A DNA stretch of 64,000 nt from Raillietiella orientalis. Its lineage: Eukaryota. Positions 53,442 through 64,000 of this stretch are shown one piece after another (the first letter of the stretch is position 1; each line of letters begins with the position of its first letter). The notes under the pieces are model-generated. The model made no database searches. It was not told where the DNA came from and saw only the letters and a list, made by a program, of their open reading frames with translations. Location of the stretch: NCBI GenBank assembly GCA_036172245.1, contig JAYWIR010000004.1:4402001-4466000 (forward strand). The letters run 5' to 3'. A program made the position numbers and the translations under genes.

Positions 53442-55116
53442 ATGCCTCATTTATTTTGGGATAACATTACAAATACGCTTACAAATTACCGATTTAGTTC
53501 TAATTTTCTCTTGGAGAAGTTTTGCAGTCGTTCAGTTCACATGCATTGTAATTATTTTCCCATGGAGCCATTTGCAAATCCAGAGCAAGATTGCCCTATA
53601 TATGTGTGTAAGTTTCATCCAAATTTCCAAGATCTCCTCATGTTGGCCAATGAAGATGGATATGTAATTTTTCAAGATACTAGCTATGCAAAGCAATCTG
53701 CTCCATTTCCTGGTTAGTTAACACTTAATTGAAAGCTAAGATATTTTCTAGGGTTTCGGGCTCACACCAATTGCATTTTTGATATTGCCTGCATGGACAA
53801 TCAATCATGGATGCTCACCGCATCTGGAGATTGGCTTGTAAAGTTATGGCACATTGTGGATCCTGCCAAAAGCAACATGGTTCTTTTGTCTAAGTTTCAA
53901 CAGCATACAGGCAGTGTGAAATGCTTTCATGTATATAATCAGCGTAAGCATGCCACTAGTCTGTTCATATCCCACCAGAGTGTCAGATGTATTTGCATCG
54001 GGCAGTAGAGATAATAGCATTCTTCTGTGGGACATCCGTTGTCCCTCCCGTCCAGAAAATCATATCCGAAAGGCACATCATAGTAGAGGTATGAGTTATA
54101 GTTCCTTGATGAATTAAACATTTCTGTAGCATCTGGTAAGAAACTGGAATTCCGTGTTACAGCTATTCATGGAGTTAAGGAGCAACAGCTAGTGTCTGTA
54201 GCTGATGGGGATGGGTAAGAAATAACAGAACAACAAGGTTAAAAATTACTTCTGAATTCAGCTATCTGAATCTTTGGGATTGGAGAAAAACATATTCAGC
54301 ATACCGTGGGGATCTCCTGCCTACAGCTCAGCTAATGTATGGAGGCAATAGCTGCAAAAAAGGATTTGTTTCATTACATGTTTCTCCTTGTGGTCTTAAA
54401 CTCTTTGCTAGTTGCACTGACAGTTGCATATATGAATATGACTTGGTGTCTTTAAATCCCCATCCAGGTAACTTGGGTCAACTCTGGTAGCAATGTTTAT
54501 CTTAAGTGGCTAGATTTCATGGCCATGTCAATCATTCTTATTATATCAAAAGTAGTTTGAGTCCCTGTGGACAGTTCCTTTTAAGTGGCTCAGAAGATGC
54601 TTGTGCTTATATCTGGGGTGTGAATTATCCTGGAAAGCCACTAGTGAAACTGGAAGGTCACAAGGAGGAAGTCACTGCAGTGACTTGGAATCAAGCTGAT
54701 TTCACAAAGGTACAGCTGTGTTGTTAAGGGCATTTAAAATGATTTACCAGCTGGTCACATGCTCTGATGACTTCACCTGTAGAATGTGGCATATACAAGG
54801 AAAAGGTAGCCAGCCTGATTGTGATGGCCATGCTGTTTGGATAGCTAATCAGCCTGCAAGTCCTTTAATCAGGCCATTTAAACACTGGTGCAACTTTCCA
54901 GCTGTACAAACTGATCATCATTATATAACACTCCAAGAAAACAAGGGATCAATGCCATCTATGTTGTTGATGCAGGGGATGCAATCTTCCCAAAGAAAAA
55001 GGCCAATTGTGCTTCCTGCCAAAAAAGACTCTAAAGAAAAAAAAATTCGTCCTTCCAAAGGAAGACAAAAAGGACTTGAGCAGTGGCTGAGTGCTGCCAA
55101 CAGCCCACTTACGTGA
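53442..55116 (+). CDS. DTL: Denticleless / CDT2 (WD40 substrate receptor of CRL4), 7 exons, ~474 aa
   Basis: LANEDG, AHTNCIFD, LTASGD, HTGSVK, FASGSRD..ILLWDIR, LWDWRKTYSAY, LFASCTD, YYIKSSLSPCGQFLLSGS, LVTCSDD. Exons 53442-53712, 53752-53943, 53987-54088, 54130-54214, 54262-54467, 54507-54709, 54751-55116 splice into one open frame. Confidence 0.93.
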
Positions 55117-56949
55117 ATTTTGTCCGCAAATAAGTTCCCTGAAGAGAATCGGGATTTCAAACCTTCCCCATCATCAGTATTATCTGGATAAAATGCTGCA
55201 GAAGTAGAGATGATACTAAGGTTATGATTAATAGACTGTTTCTCAAGTCTGTAATTATAGATTTTAGAATCAGGGATTTTATTTTATCTCATGATTGAAA
55301 GATTCTTGTTTTCAGTAATCCATTTATAATAAAATTACCTTCATAACTTCCGAGGCATGGCTCCTTTGGTAATCTTCAATGAGATTTTCCAGTGCTTTTA
55401 TACTTTGTTTATGGTCCCAACTGACATCAACCTCATTAATATTGCATCAATGATTTGAAAGTTCTAAACAGTTGACCTGTAAATATTTACAAAGAAGGTA
55501 CAGGGAATAAATTAATGCTTAATAAATTTGTCCACATGATCCTTAGATGGTTTTCTTCTTAAATGTCCAAAACATATTGAGTGTATGTTAATAGCCTAAT
55601 TAATCTGCTCTTAAAGGTATTTTAGACTTAATAATCTTAAGCTTAGAGACTAAGCTGAGTTCTTGCAATCAGTGACACCATCTTGTCCTTTCAATGTTCA
55701 GTTTCATCACAAAAGTATAACGCTGTTGCTTTTGCCCTTTTTTTTGTACATGTTGAGAATCAAAATTACAGATCTTAATTCCACATTAAATATCTGGAAA
55801 GTTTTTGAGCATGAAGAGTTCAATTAGAGATTTAAAATGTAAATCGGTAGTTCAGACGTATAGAGTATTTAAGCGATAATGCTTTGTAGATTAGGCTCCA
55901 GAAGACTAGACTGGTGTTGATTTTAAAATATTTTCGTGTGTGTTTATTAAATTTTTTGGTAGAGATTGCATTGCCTATGCTAACTTGTTAATAAAATTAT
56001 AAAATAAGGGTGGATTTATGTTAGTGAAGCTTATTCTTCAGACTGAGAATATACTGCAACAGTGATGGCAAATCAAAAATTAGTATTCTTTCAAGTGAAC
56101 ATTTGTTTTGATCAAATGATTACATTCTTATTTTATAATCATCATGTTTACTCACAATACACAATGAAGTCAATAAAACTTTGTTTTAGTCTTTTATTTA
56201 ATTTTTTACTCACAATGGCACCATGAAATCAGATTCTTGTCTTGCTGGGGAATTTGGTTCGAATTGATGGCTTCCCAAGTACTAGTTTCTACAAATCTTG
56301 AAATCGTTTCTTTGGTATTTGGGAAAGAATATACAATACTAGCACACACAACCATCGGATTTCTGTTTAATGAAAGCGGTGTGCTATTTAACAAGGATAC
56401 TGAACTGTCTTAAGTGGATTTTATGGGGAACCGATAATTTTATGTAAAGATTTATTAGTGTTGTAAGCGGTAATACCGTTCCATTCAATCCTCAATGTAT
56501 TTCACATTAACAGTTGGAAACAATATCAGAACATCGTATTTATGAATTTCTTAAAAACATTATTCATCAGCTCTTCAGTGCACTTCAATTCCGATTAGAA
56601 ATGGAACCTAGTGCTGTCGATATGTTCTTAAACATGGTAGATAATCTCTTCTCTATAAATCATAACGGCCTCCTGTGTAGATCGTTCTCTTGACTAAAGG
56701 AAGCTTGCAATGTTTTTCCTATGCTTCCTGAAGGTTCTGAATAATGTCAAGTATTCTAATTTTAAACTATACTCTAAACATCAGTTGCAATAACAACTCC
56801 GGGTTGTATCAACACCCGAAGCACCCGGGTGATAATCCAGGTTTCCCACGAGGTGCCAACTGTCGCCGTGCCTCTCCAGGAGCAGCGCCACTGCCCGCGT
56901 CTTCTTCAGCTGCTGCTGCTGCCGCTTCCTGGCCCTTGGAGAAGCTCGC

Positions 56950-58050
56950 AGCATGGCATCCGACTCACCCGCCGGCTATCCGACGATGGACTCCACAGGA
57001 AAGCTAATCCTCAACCGCGGCTACGAATTCACCGCTGTCCAAGTCGAGATGGACGACGGCTACCTGCTGGAGTTGCACCGCGGTCTCCAGTCCCAATCCA
57101 AGTCGCTGGAGTGACTAGTTTTCCTTCAGAACGGACTTGGATTGTCGGCTGACTGGACGATCCAAAAGTCCTCCAACTCGCTAGTATTTTCCCTTGCGGA
57201 CGGGGGGTACGCTGGCTGGGTGGCAGCGCCAACAGCACAGGCTGGCCCAGGGATCCTCCCTAAAGCAGCTACGGGCACTTCAACTGGGATGAGATGGATG
57301 CCTATGACCTTCCAGCCGCAGTGAACAGCATGCTGCAGGAATAGCTCGCCACTGATTTACGTCGGCTTGTGCATGGGGACGTCAACGTTCTAGGAGGACT
57401 GTCAGCTCCGCCTGGGAACTGCGGGCGAAGATTCACCTCATGGTAGCCTTGACATCAGTGACCTACCTGGAGCCCATCGAGAGTTTCCTGATACGGGCTT
57501 TGGTCTACTTCGCCAAGCACATGGCGGAGTTCCTGACAATCTTCGGAGAGCAGGAGTTGCTGTCGCATTTTGTGAGCATGAAGATGCTCAACCACTACCC
57601 CTGCGCGTTGCTGGGTTTGGGGGACGGGCCAGACAGGTGCTTCCCTGATGATCGGCATCGACTCCGCGGATCTTGACAGGAGACGTTTAAGCTTGCCCTG
57701 GTGAACACCTCTTCTGGGACCTCGCTCAACACAGTTATGCACTTCGTGCAGTTCTGCAGCCGCGGCGGCTTCGGCATGTTCGACTTCGAACCGAAGGGCA
57801 GCCAACCTGCAGCATTGTAACTGTAGCGACGCCTCAGCCTACGATCTGGTTTCAGTTGTGGTTCCCGTGGTCGCCTACCACTGCACGAACGATTGTCTCG
57901 CTGATCCAGAGGACGTGGATGGGTTGAAGTCGGAGCTCGGGAGTCCGGTGGCCTTGAAGACGATCTCGAGGGCCTCCTGCAACCACGCAGAAGTGCTCTG
58001 GGATTTTCTTCCGGACGATCTGCTTCAGGTCTTGGAAGAAACGCGGCAGC
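56950..58050 (+). pseudogene. Intronless acid lipase (gastric/lysosomal lipase, lipase-3 family) pseudogene
   Basis: LILNRGY..VEMDDGYLLELHR, LVFLQNGL..ADW, SLVFSLADGGY, FNWDEMDAYDLPA, LIYVGLCMGT (cf. GHSQG), GTSLNTVMHFVQ, NDCLADPEDV, NH..VLW; several stops and frameshifts. Confidence 0.9.
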
Positions 58051-61000
58051 TGTCCCCTAAAGCTGTGCCGCCCGTCCGTCGCAGATCCCTTCCTCGCGTG
58101 CTCTAGCGCGAACGGCGCGGTGATGGCGATTCCTGGGGAAAGGGCAATGAAGAACTGAAACAGACGTCAAGGACCTCAGCTGCTCTCCCTCAGTACGGGA
58201 CCCATCTCAACAAACTTAATCTCCTCCTCCTCCTCCTCATCACGATTACCACTGCTAGAAAAAGACAAGCAAACAAGCTAGACGAAATGAAGAGATTGGA
58301 AGTGACTACAATACAGTAGATTTCCAGTGTTTTATTCAAAGGCATGAATAAATTATTGGGATAAATTATGGTTTACAAAATTAGTAGCACAAATACGGAG
58401 AATCGGCCTTCTCTGCAGTGAGTGAAAGGTGCCTGCAGTTCCAAACTCAGTGCGCGTCAACCTTCCAAGGAAGTGTTTCCGCGTTTCTGCTGGCAACAGC
58501 AGAAATTTGTCTTTGACGTGAATACATTTGGCGAAGCAACGACTGACGTCGGGTACTTTTTGAACATGCATGCCTCGATGCATCGAACAGATCTTTTGCA
58601 ACAAAATACGACAAACATCAAAATTTGGCAATAATCTGTATCTACTCGAGTGTTAATGCTTCTTGAAATTTACAGTATCAATGGAAGGATTATGTTTTAC
58701 TACTGCTGCCCTTTGAGACAACAACATATTGTCACCATGAATTAATCTCTCATTTTCAGCACGAATTGGTATCAGCTGCAACTAACAAACCGAATTAATG
58801 ATCCCTGAAGGCATTTTATGTAATTGAAATGTTCCCAAATCATCTTTCCGCATTTGATATCAGACGTGCTTGTTGAGAGAAAAAAAGAGCATGGTTTTGA
58901 ACAAGTCGGAGGCGGAAACATTCTGGAATTTGCGAGAACTGATTCTATATCTTGAAAAAAACAACTGAATGCTTTCAAAGTTTTTTTTTTTTTAAAATAG
59001 CGATATTTAATATTGTTTTGGACCATTATCTATTACTATTGACCCCAAAAAGAGAAGCACGGGAAATATTAAGCAGCTTCATTACCTTTAGATACTATTC
59101 AAAGAACGAGGAACAGAATCAACTAATTATTAATGGATGAATGAACCAATTGTCAACTATTATTATTAGTATTTTTTTCAAGGGGGGAACACTGGAAACA
59201 GTGAAAAAAGAGGCTTTATTTTTCGACTGTTTACATTACAGTGTCAGACAAAAACTGTGTGCGAATTTCTCAATGCCATAAAAATTCTTTATCTCAAAGC
59301 ATGAACTATTACATCTGTGAAAATCTTAGATTATTGCTAGCCTGTCTCTCTAAATCATTTAAAGTCTTCTGGGTGCCTGGTCTACCTAAATGGGGCATGT
59401 TTGACTGTGGAACACACTAAATGCACATAAACAGCTCTTCCATGAAAGTACGCATGTGAAAACAGACTGATGGTTTTCAGCAGTTGCAATACATCTGCGA
59501 GTAGAAACTAAAGACGGCACCATGCATCAATCTTGGTTTTCATTCATTAGGAGCAATACGAGACAACGATGATTTCAATCACATTCCTTTTAAGCATCCA
59601 CTTCGGTAAAGTTGCAGATGACTTGGATTGGCACGAATATTTTTTTTTTTGCGTGGGATTTATCCTTACTTGTTGCTTTTGTTAACCAATTTTGAAGAAA
59701 ACGAAGCATCCTTTGTTTTTGTTTCTCTTTGAATAATCCCACGTTGTCTATGTGAAGTCTTACGAGGGGTCATACATTCAAAAATGATCTGCTGTCAGTG
59801 TTCCAGCAACCTGTTTTTGTTCATTCATATGGTTCTTTCTTTTCAGCGGTGTCCCCACTCCCGAATGCTAAGCACTTTGATTTTGATGGTCCTGATGAAG
59901 CTATTGATGACAGGTAGCGAAAACATTAGAGGATTAAAATGTGTCTCATGATTCAGTTTGTCGTCATTCTCAAAGGGAATAACAGCAATTTCTCACCGAA
60001 GCACTGCTGCCCAAATTATTTACTTTCCCATTCTGTGGGTCCTTGTAACTGTTGCAAACATTCTCATTTTTCTGGTTGAGCTCTTGAAATGCTTGGTATC
60101 TGAGTTGAGGACCATGTTAACGAGCTGTGTATTTTATATTTCCTTCGGTATGTACAGAGCTATAATAATAGGGGTGCAAAATGCAATAAGGGAACACAGT
60201 AGGCATTCTCGAAAAACCCGAGGCTTGAAATCGGAAATAAATGAATGGTTTCGTGATTTCATAGAGATTTAACATGAAACTGAAGTAGATTGAGCACACG
60301 ATTTTTTGGAGATAAGAAACAGTGGTGAATTAATTATGCAATTTGCAAATCGTATTGACCTATGTATGCTTCTCATACATTTCCTCGAATTTATTTCAGT
60401 ATTTTGAATTCATGGCTGTCCACATACCACCAGATATAGTCAGCAACTTGACGAATTCCTGAAGAATAAAATAACAGCAGCTGTTCGAGTCCTAGAAACC
60501 AAATGCCAGAAATCACGAGACTTCTGAGGAAATATTGAGAATCACTCTCAATAAATTTACTGAAAACTAACAGTGATTTTTTATCTTGCAGAATGGTTAA
60601 TAATTTTTTAAAGCATTCATCCAAGGTATTTTATGCCCGCGTTCTTGTCTATCCCTTCGTCTTGGAAGTTGCGTTCATAGAGTTTGGACAAAGCCCTTAT
60701 AATTAATAAATCTGTTGGCTCCCACGATATCATTCTTATGATGAAAGTTTCTCCCTTCAGTTTTTCCTTTGCAGAATTTTCGTATTCCTAGCTTACATCA
60801 AGACAGATATATCAGGGCTCCAGGAGAACTGGAATCAAATTATCTGTTCATCTAGTTCGAAATGCTTTCAGAACTAAGACCATTAGTTATTTTGTGAGCA
60901 TTCAAGCACTTCTACCAAAAGATGCCAGGATTGCAGGCATGCTCGAATTCCTGAAGCCAGAGCACTTTTCGGAAGCATGGATGCCAGGGTTGGAATTGCT

Positions 61001-61671
61001 TGAATTATTAAGCATCCTCCAATGTTGAACGCCCATTGTACCTTCTTGCTTCTTGTGAAGGCACCTAGAAAACGTGACGGATGCGAGAGTTACTTGGAAA
61101 GGAAAACGCAGATTCTCACATATGGATTCCTTCTCTTTTAAAACAAAGGAATTTCATCATACACCGCTTCTTGTCGAGTAATTGCAGCACATATTCATGG
61201 TCAGCTTATCCTTTAGTGGGTAAAGAGGAAAGCACCCTCGGATTCGTTGGCAGGGCGCAGCACCAGGGTTCTTCTAGGAATATTGAAATTTCACTCACGA
61301 GTGCAGTCCTGAGAGTCTCTTTCATTCTTTCTACTAGATGGCATAGATATAGCCTTTCCTATTCTTGAAGATGCTTCATTTGTTGGGGGTTTATCTCGTT
61401 CCTCCAAAAATGCTTGAAGGATCCTCAGGCAAGATTTCTTTCTTAAATAATGCACTCACACTCACTGTTTTGGATTCAGTCTAGAACTTGGACACAAGAG
61501 TTCGTAACTTGGAAGAAGGCTTGTCTACCGCAAACCATCGATTTCTTTCATTCTCATGAGAGAAATGAATCACAAGGGAAGATCTGGACTTGTTTCCGAA
61601 ATTTCTGTCTTCCAAACAAGAATAAATTCTGGCTCTTGCTTTCCATAGAGAGACGGTTGTTCGTGTTTTCA

Positions 61672-62110
61672 TACATTCGAGATCCAAAAGTCTTAGGACT
61701 AATTCAAAAGTCATTTAGATAAAATAAAAAAATACGCAATAATTTGTTTGCATTCTATTTATTCAAAAAAGGATCCATCTGACTCTGTACGCTGCTTGGC
61801 GAGGAATTCTAACATCTGCATGACACTGGCGTAGTCCTTTACAGGGATTTTCTTCAAACACTCTATCACAGCTATCTGAATGTCACTGATGGAGTCAAAT
61901 CGGGTCCCTTTCAGCCGCAATTCCATTTTAGGGAATAGGAAATAATGAAGGCGAGACAAGTGCGGCGAGTACGGGAAATAGTCCAAAGCCGAGGTCTGTT
62001 TTTGCATCAAAAAACTTACGGCTTCTTGCTGCTGAATGAACAGATGCTGTATCGTGCAGAAGAGGAAAGTTTCTTACCCGGTCACGCCGGGACGTTTATT
62101 TCCATAAACC
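61672..62110 (-). mobile_element. Mariner-type transposon 3' remnant
   Basis: LLHDTASVHSA (cf. LLHDNA..H), PYSPHLSRLHYFLFPKM..LKGTRF (cf. PYSPDLAP.DFFLF), GSFFE*; TIR-like TACATTCGAGATCCAAAAGTCTTAGGACT at 61672. Confidence 0.8.
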
Positions 62111-62282
62111 AGCTGGAAACAGTTGTTTCCAACCGACAGTTACAAAAAAACAACGGAAATACACCACTGGCACGCAGGCTAGGAAAATGGTAGGTCCGGA
62201 ACGGGGGGGAGGGGACTATAAACAAAAAAAGAACAGTCTAAATGGGAGGAAAAGGCCAGGGATCTTTGGTGACGCCCCGTAG

Positions 62283-63510
62283 TCACCGGGAAAGAAAAAG
62301 AATCAAGGTACCAAAGACACTACAGAGCGAATGGGAGGTGGGGCGCGAAAACAAAAATAAAATCAAGAAGGAATGGACGTGGATCACCGGGATCGTCGTT
62401 CGCAAACCGTAGGTAATCCGGCTGTAGATGCCGGTGAGCTCCTCCGTTGAGATTTCGGTTAACTGATGCCACCTAGTAGCCGCACTGATAAAGTCGGCCG
62501 CCTTCCTGGTGACAGCATCGCTGCCCAGTGTTCTCCAGCACGTCTCGGACCGTGACGATGGCGCGGATGCAACCAACAGTCGAGATGATCTCTGCCGTCG
62601 AAAGTCCTTGTGGTTGGAAGAACCGTCGCAGCACTTCATAATCGGTGCCCTCCGGTTGCAGGAGTGCTTCTGATAGCCTCCGCCAGAGTTCCTGGAGGGC
62701 ACCGCAGTCCAAAACGACTGCGTCGCCCCGCACCGGACACAGTAGGGGGAAGCTACCCCACCGGAAACTCGGTGCCGCTGCTCATTGTAGCGCAAACCCC
62801 AGTGCAAGGAGAGCAAAACGTGTTGCTTCCAGGCTAAGGGAAACACCGAAACGTCCAAACAGCACGGAGGGACTGTCAGTTCCTCGGGAACAGCACCAAG
62901 AGCTTCTCCCCACCGAAGAAGTCCCTTTGCCGTAAACCGAAGAGTGGCAGCATCCGCCAGCTCGCTCGTATCCCATTCGCCGCGGAGTTTTCTTCTTCCT
63001 GAGATGGAGAACTCCCACCTAACCGGTTGGCTACTGTCTTCTCTAGCTCCGAGGGCAGACAGCGCTTCGGCAAGGGGCGTGGAGGCCAGGGTGGAGAGCT
63101 TCACCTCGTCCTGCATCACCTCTTGAAGTGACCGAGGTAGGAATTGACGCAGGGGGAGAAGATCTTAGGGACTCATTCCCTGAAATGCAGCCCAAGACTC
63201 AACAGATTCCTGCCGCCAAGCATTATAGTTTATTGAGCGTCAGGAAATCCACGATTGGGCTTCCAGCAGTGAGGCGAGTTGCCTCAAAGGATAGCCGAAC
63301 CCCTGCTTTCTGTGGCACCTGCCAGGCACCAACGAAAGAAGTCCTTCACTGCCGGCACACCTCCGTAGGAGGATGCGCGCAGGCGCACAGAGCGGGGTAG
63401 TCCAAAGTTTGGAACACATCGGGAACTGCACTTGCAGTCCGATCCGCTCCATCCTCAGGATGTCCAGGCCGGCATCCCGATGTGGAGTCAGAAGAGGAAA
63501 GTCGCAAGTG
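62283..63510 (-). mobile_element. L1/Tx1-like non-LTR retrotransposon 3' fragment
   Basis: LLTPHRDAGLDI (cf. LP..EGGLGI), LHWGLRYNEQR..ASPYCVRCG, then frameshifted LDCGALQELWRRL (zf-RVT-like CxxC..C domain); GC-rich. Confidence 0.6.
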
Positions 63511-63599
63511 TGGAAAAGAGCGGGACGAACGCTTCGAATGCGTGAAATTAATTGGTACGGAACGCTTCCATACTATCCTGCGTTAACTACACAGCACTC

Positions 63600-64000
63600 T
63601 CTCTTCATGCATGCCTCCCTGGCTATCGGGAAAAACGATCCCCATTGTCTCGACTCTCGAATTCTGGAATCGCAGTTTTGTTTTGGTCGTGGAGAATCTT
63701 CATTGGGGTGTTCCGAACTTTGGCGCTTCGTTTTTCCGGATCGCATGCGAAACACCAACTCTCACCACTGCTGAGAGTCTTGTCAAGAAAGTTTTTGTCT
63801 CTTTTGATCCCGTCCAGCAACGGTGTTCTCCCTTCACGTCCATGTCGAACTTTTGACAGAGGTCCAAAACACACAAGTTGCTTGGAATGCCTTTCCCTAA
63901 ACACACAGTCACGCTGCCTTGTATGCTATTTACGGAAGGTGCATGGCATGACCAATGCGTCCGTAAAAAAATCAGTCCTCAAACTTATGGACCTCACTGT
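63600..64000 (+). mobile_element. Possible Tc1-like 3' end
   Basis: VVENLHWG (cf. IENLW) and terminal GTCCTCAAACTTATGGACCTCACTGT, resembling a Tc1 TIR end at the window edge. Confidence 0.3.

Noticed and set aside
59892..59950. Hammerhead-like CTGATGA-stem-GAAA
   Set aside because: Stem II is plausible, but there is no correctly placed UH cleavage site and no stem I.
58400..61100. Faint Tc1 HTH (58.4-58.6 kb) and Tigger AWM (~61.0 kb) resemblances
   Set aside because: Too weak to support by eye.
1..64000. CRISPR arrays, rRNA, tRNA, prokaryotic operons
   Set aside because: None seen; no regularly spaced repeat-spacer array or recognisable structural RNA gene.

Overview
Animal (eukaryotic) nuclear DNA, not a prokaryotic window. 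Bases ~1-33.9 kb are a graveyard of decayed transposons (NeSL/Utopia-like RLE retroelement, hAT, three CR1/L2-like LINE pieces, Tc1/pogo scraps) with no intact gene that I can recognise. From ~34 kb there are three intact spliced genes with mostly 39-53 nt introns: meckelin/TMEM67 (-), alanine aminotransferase (-) and denticleless/CDT2 (+). Also present are an intronless GC-rich lipase pseudogene, an internally deleted Tigger element, a mariner remnant and an L1/Tx1-like 3' fragment. The two most striking observations are (i) a pair of almost identical ~975-bp GC-rich inverted repeats (33983-34955 and 47761-48741) bracketing a 12.8-kb segment with the meckelin and ALT genes, and (ii) inside that segment, a decayed fragment of an alphaproteobacterial (Wolbachia-like) arginyl-tRNA synthetase gene, i.e. 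a probable endosymbiont-to-nucleus transfer. All family calls come from manual translation and motif recognition; no database search was run.
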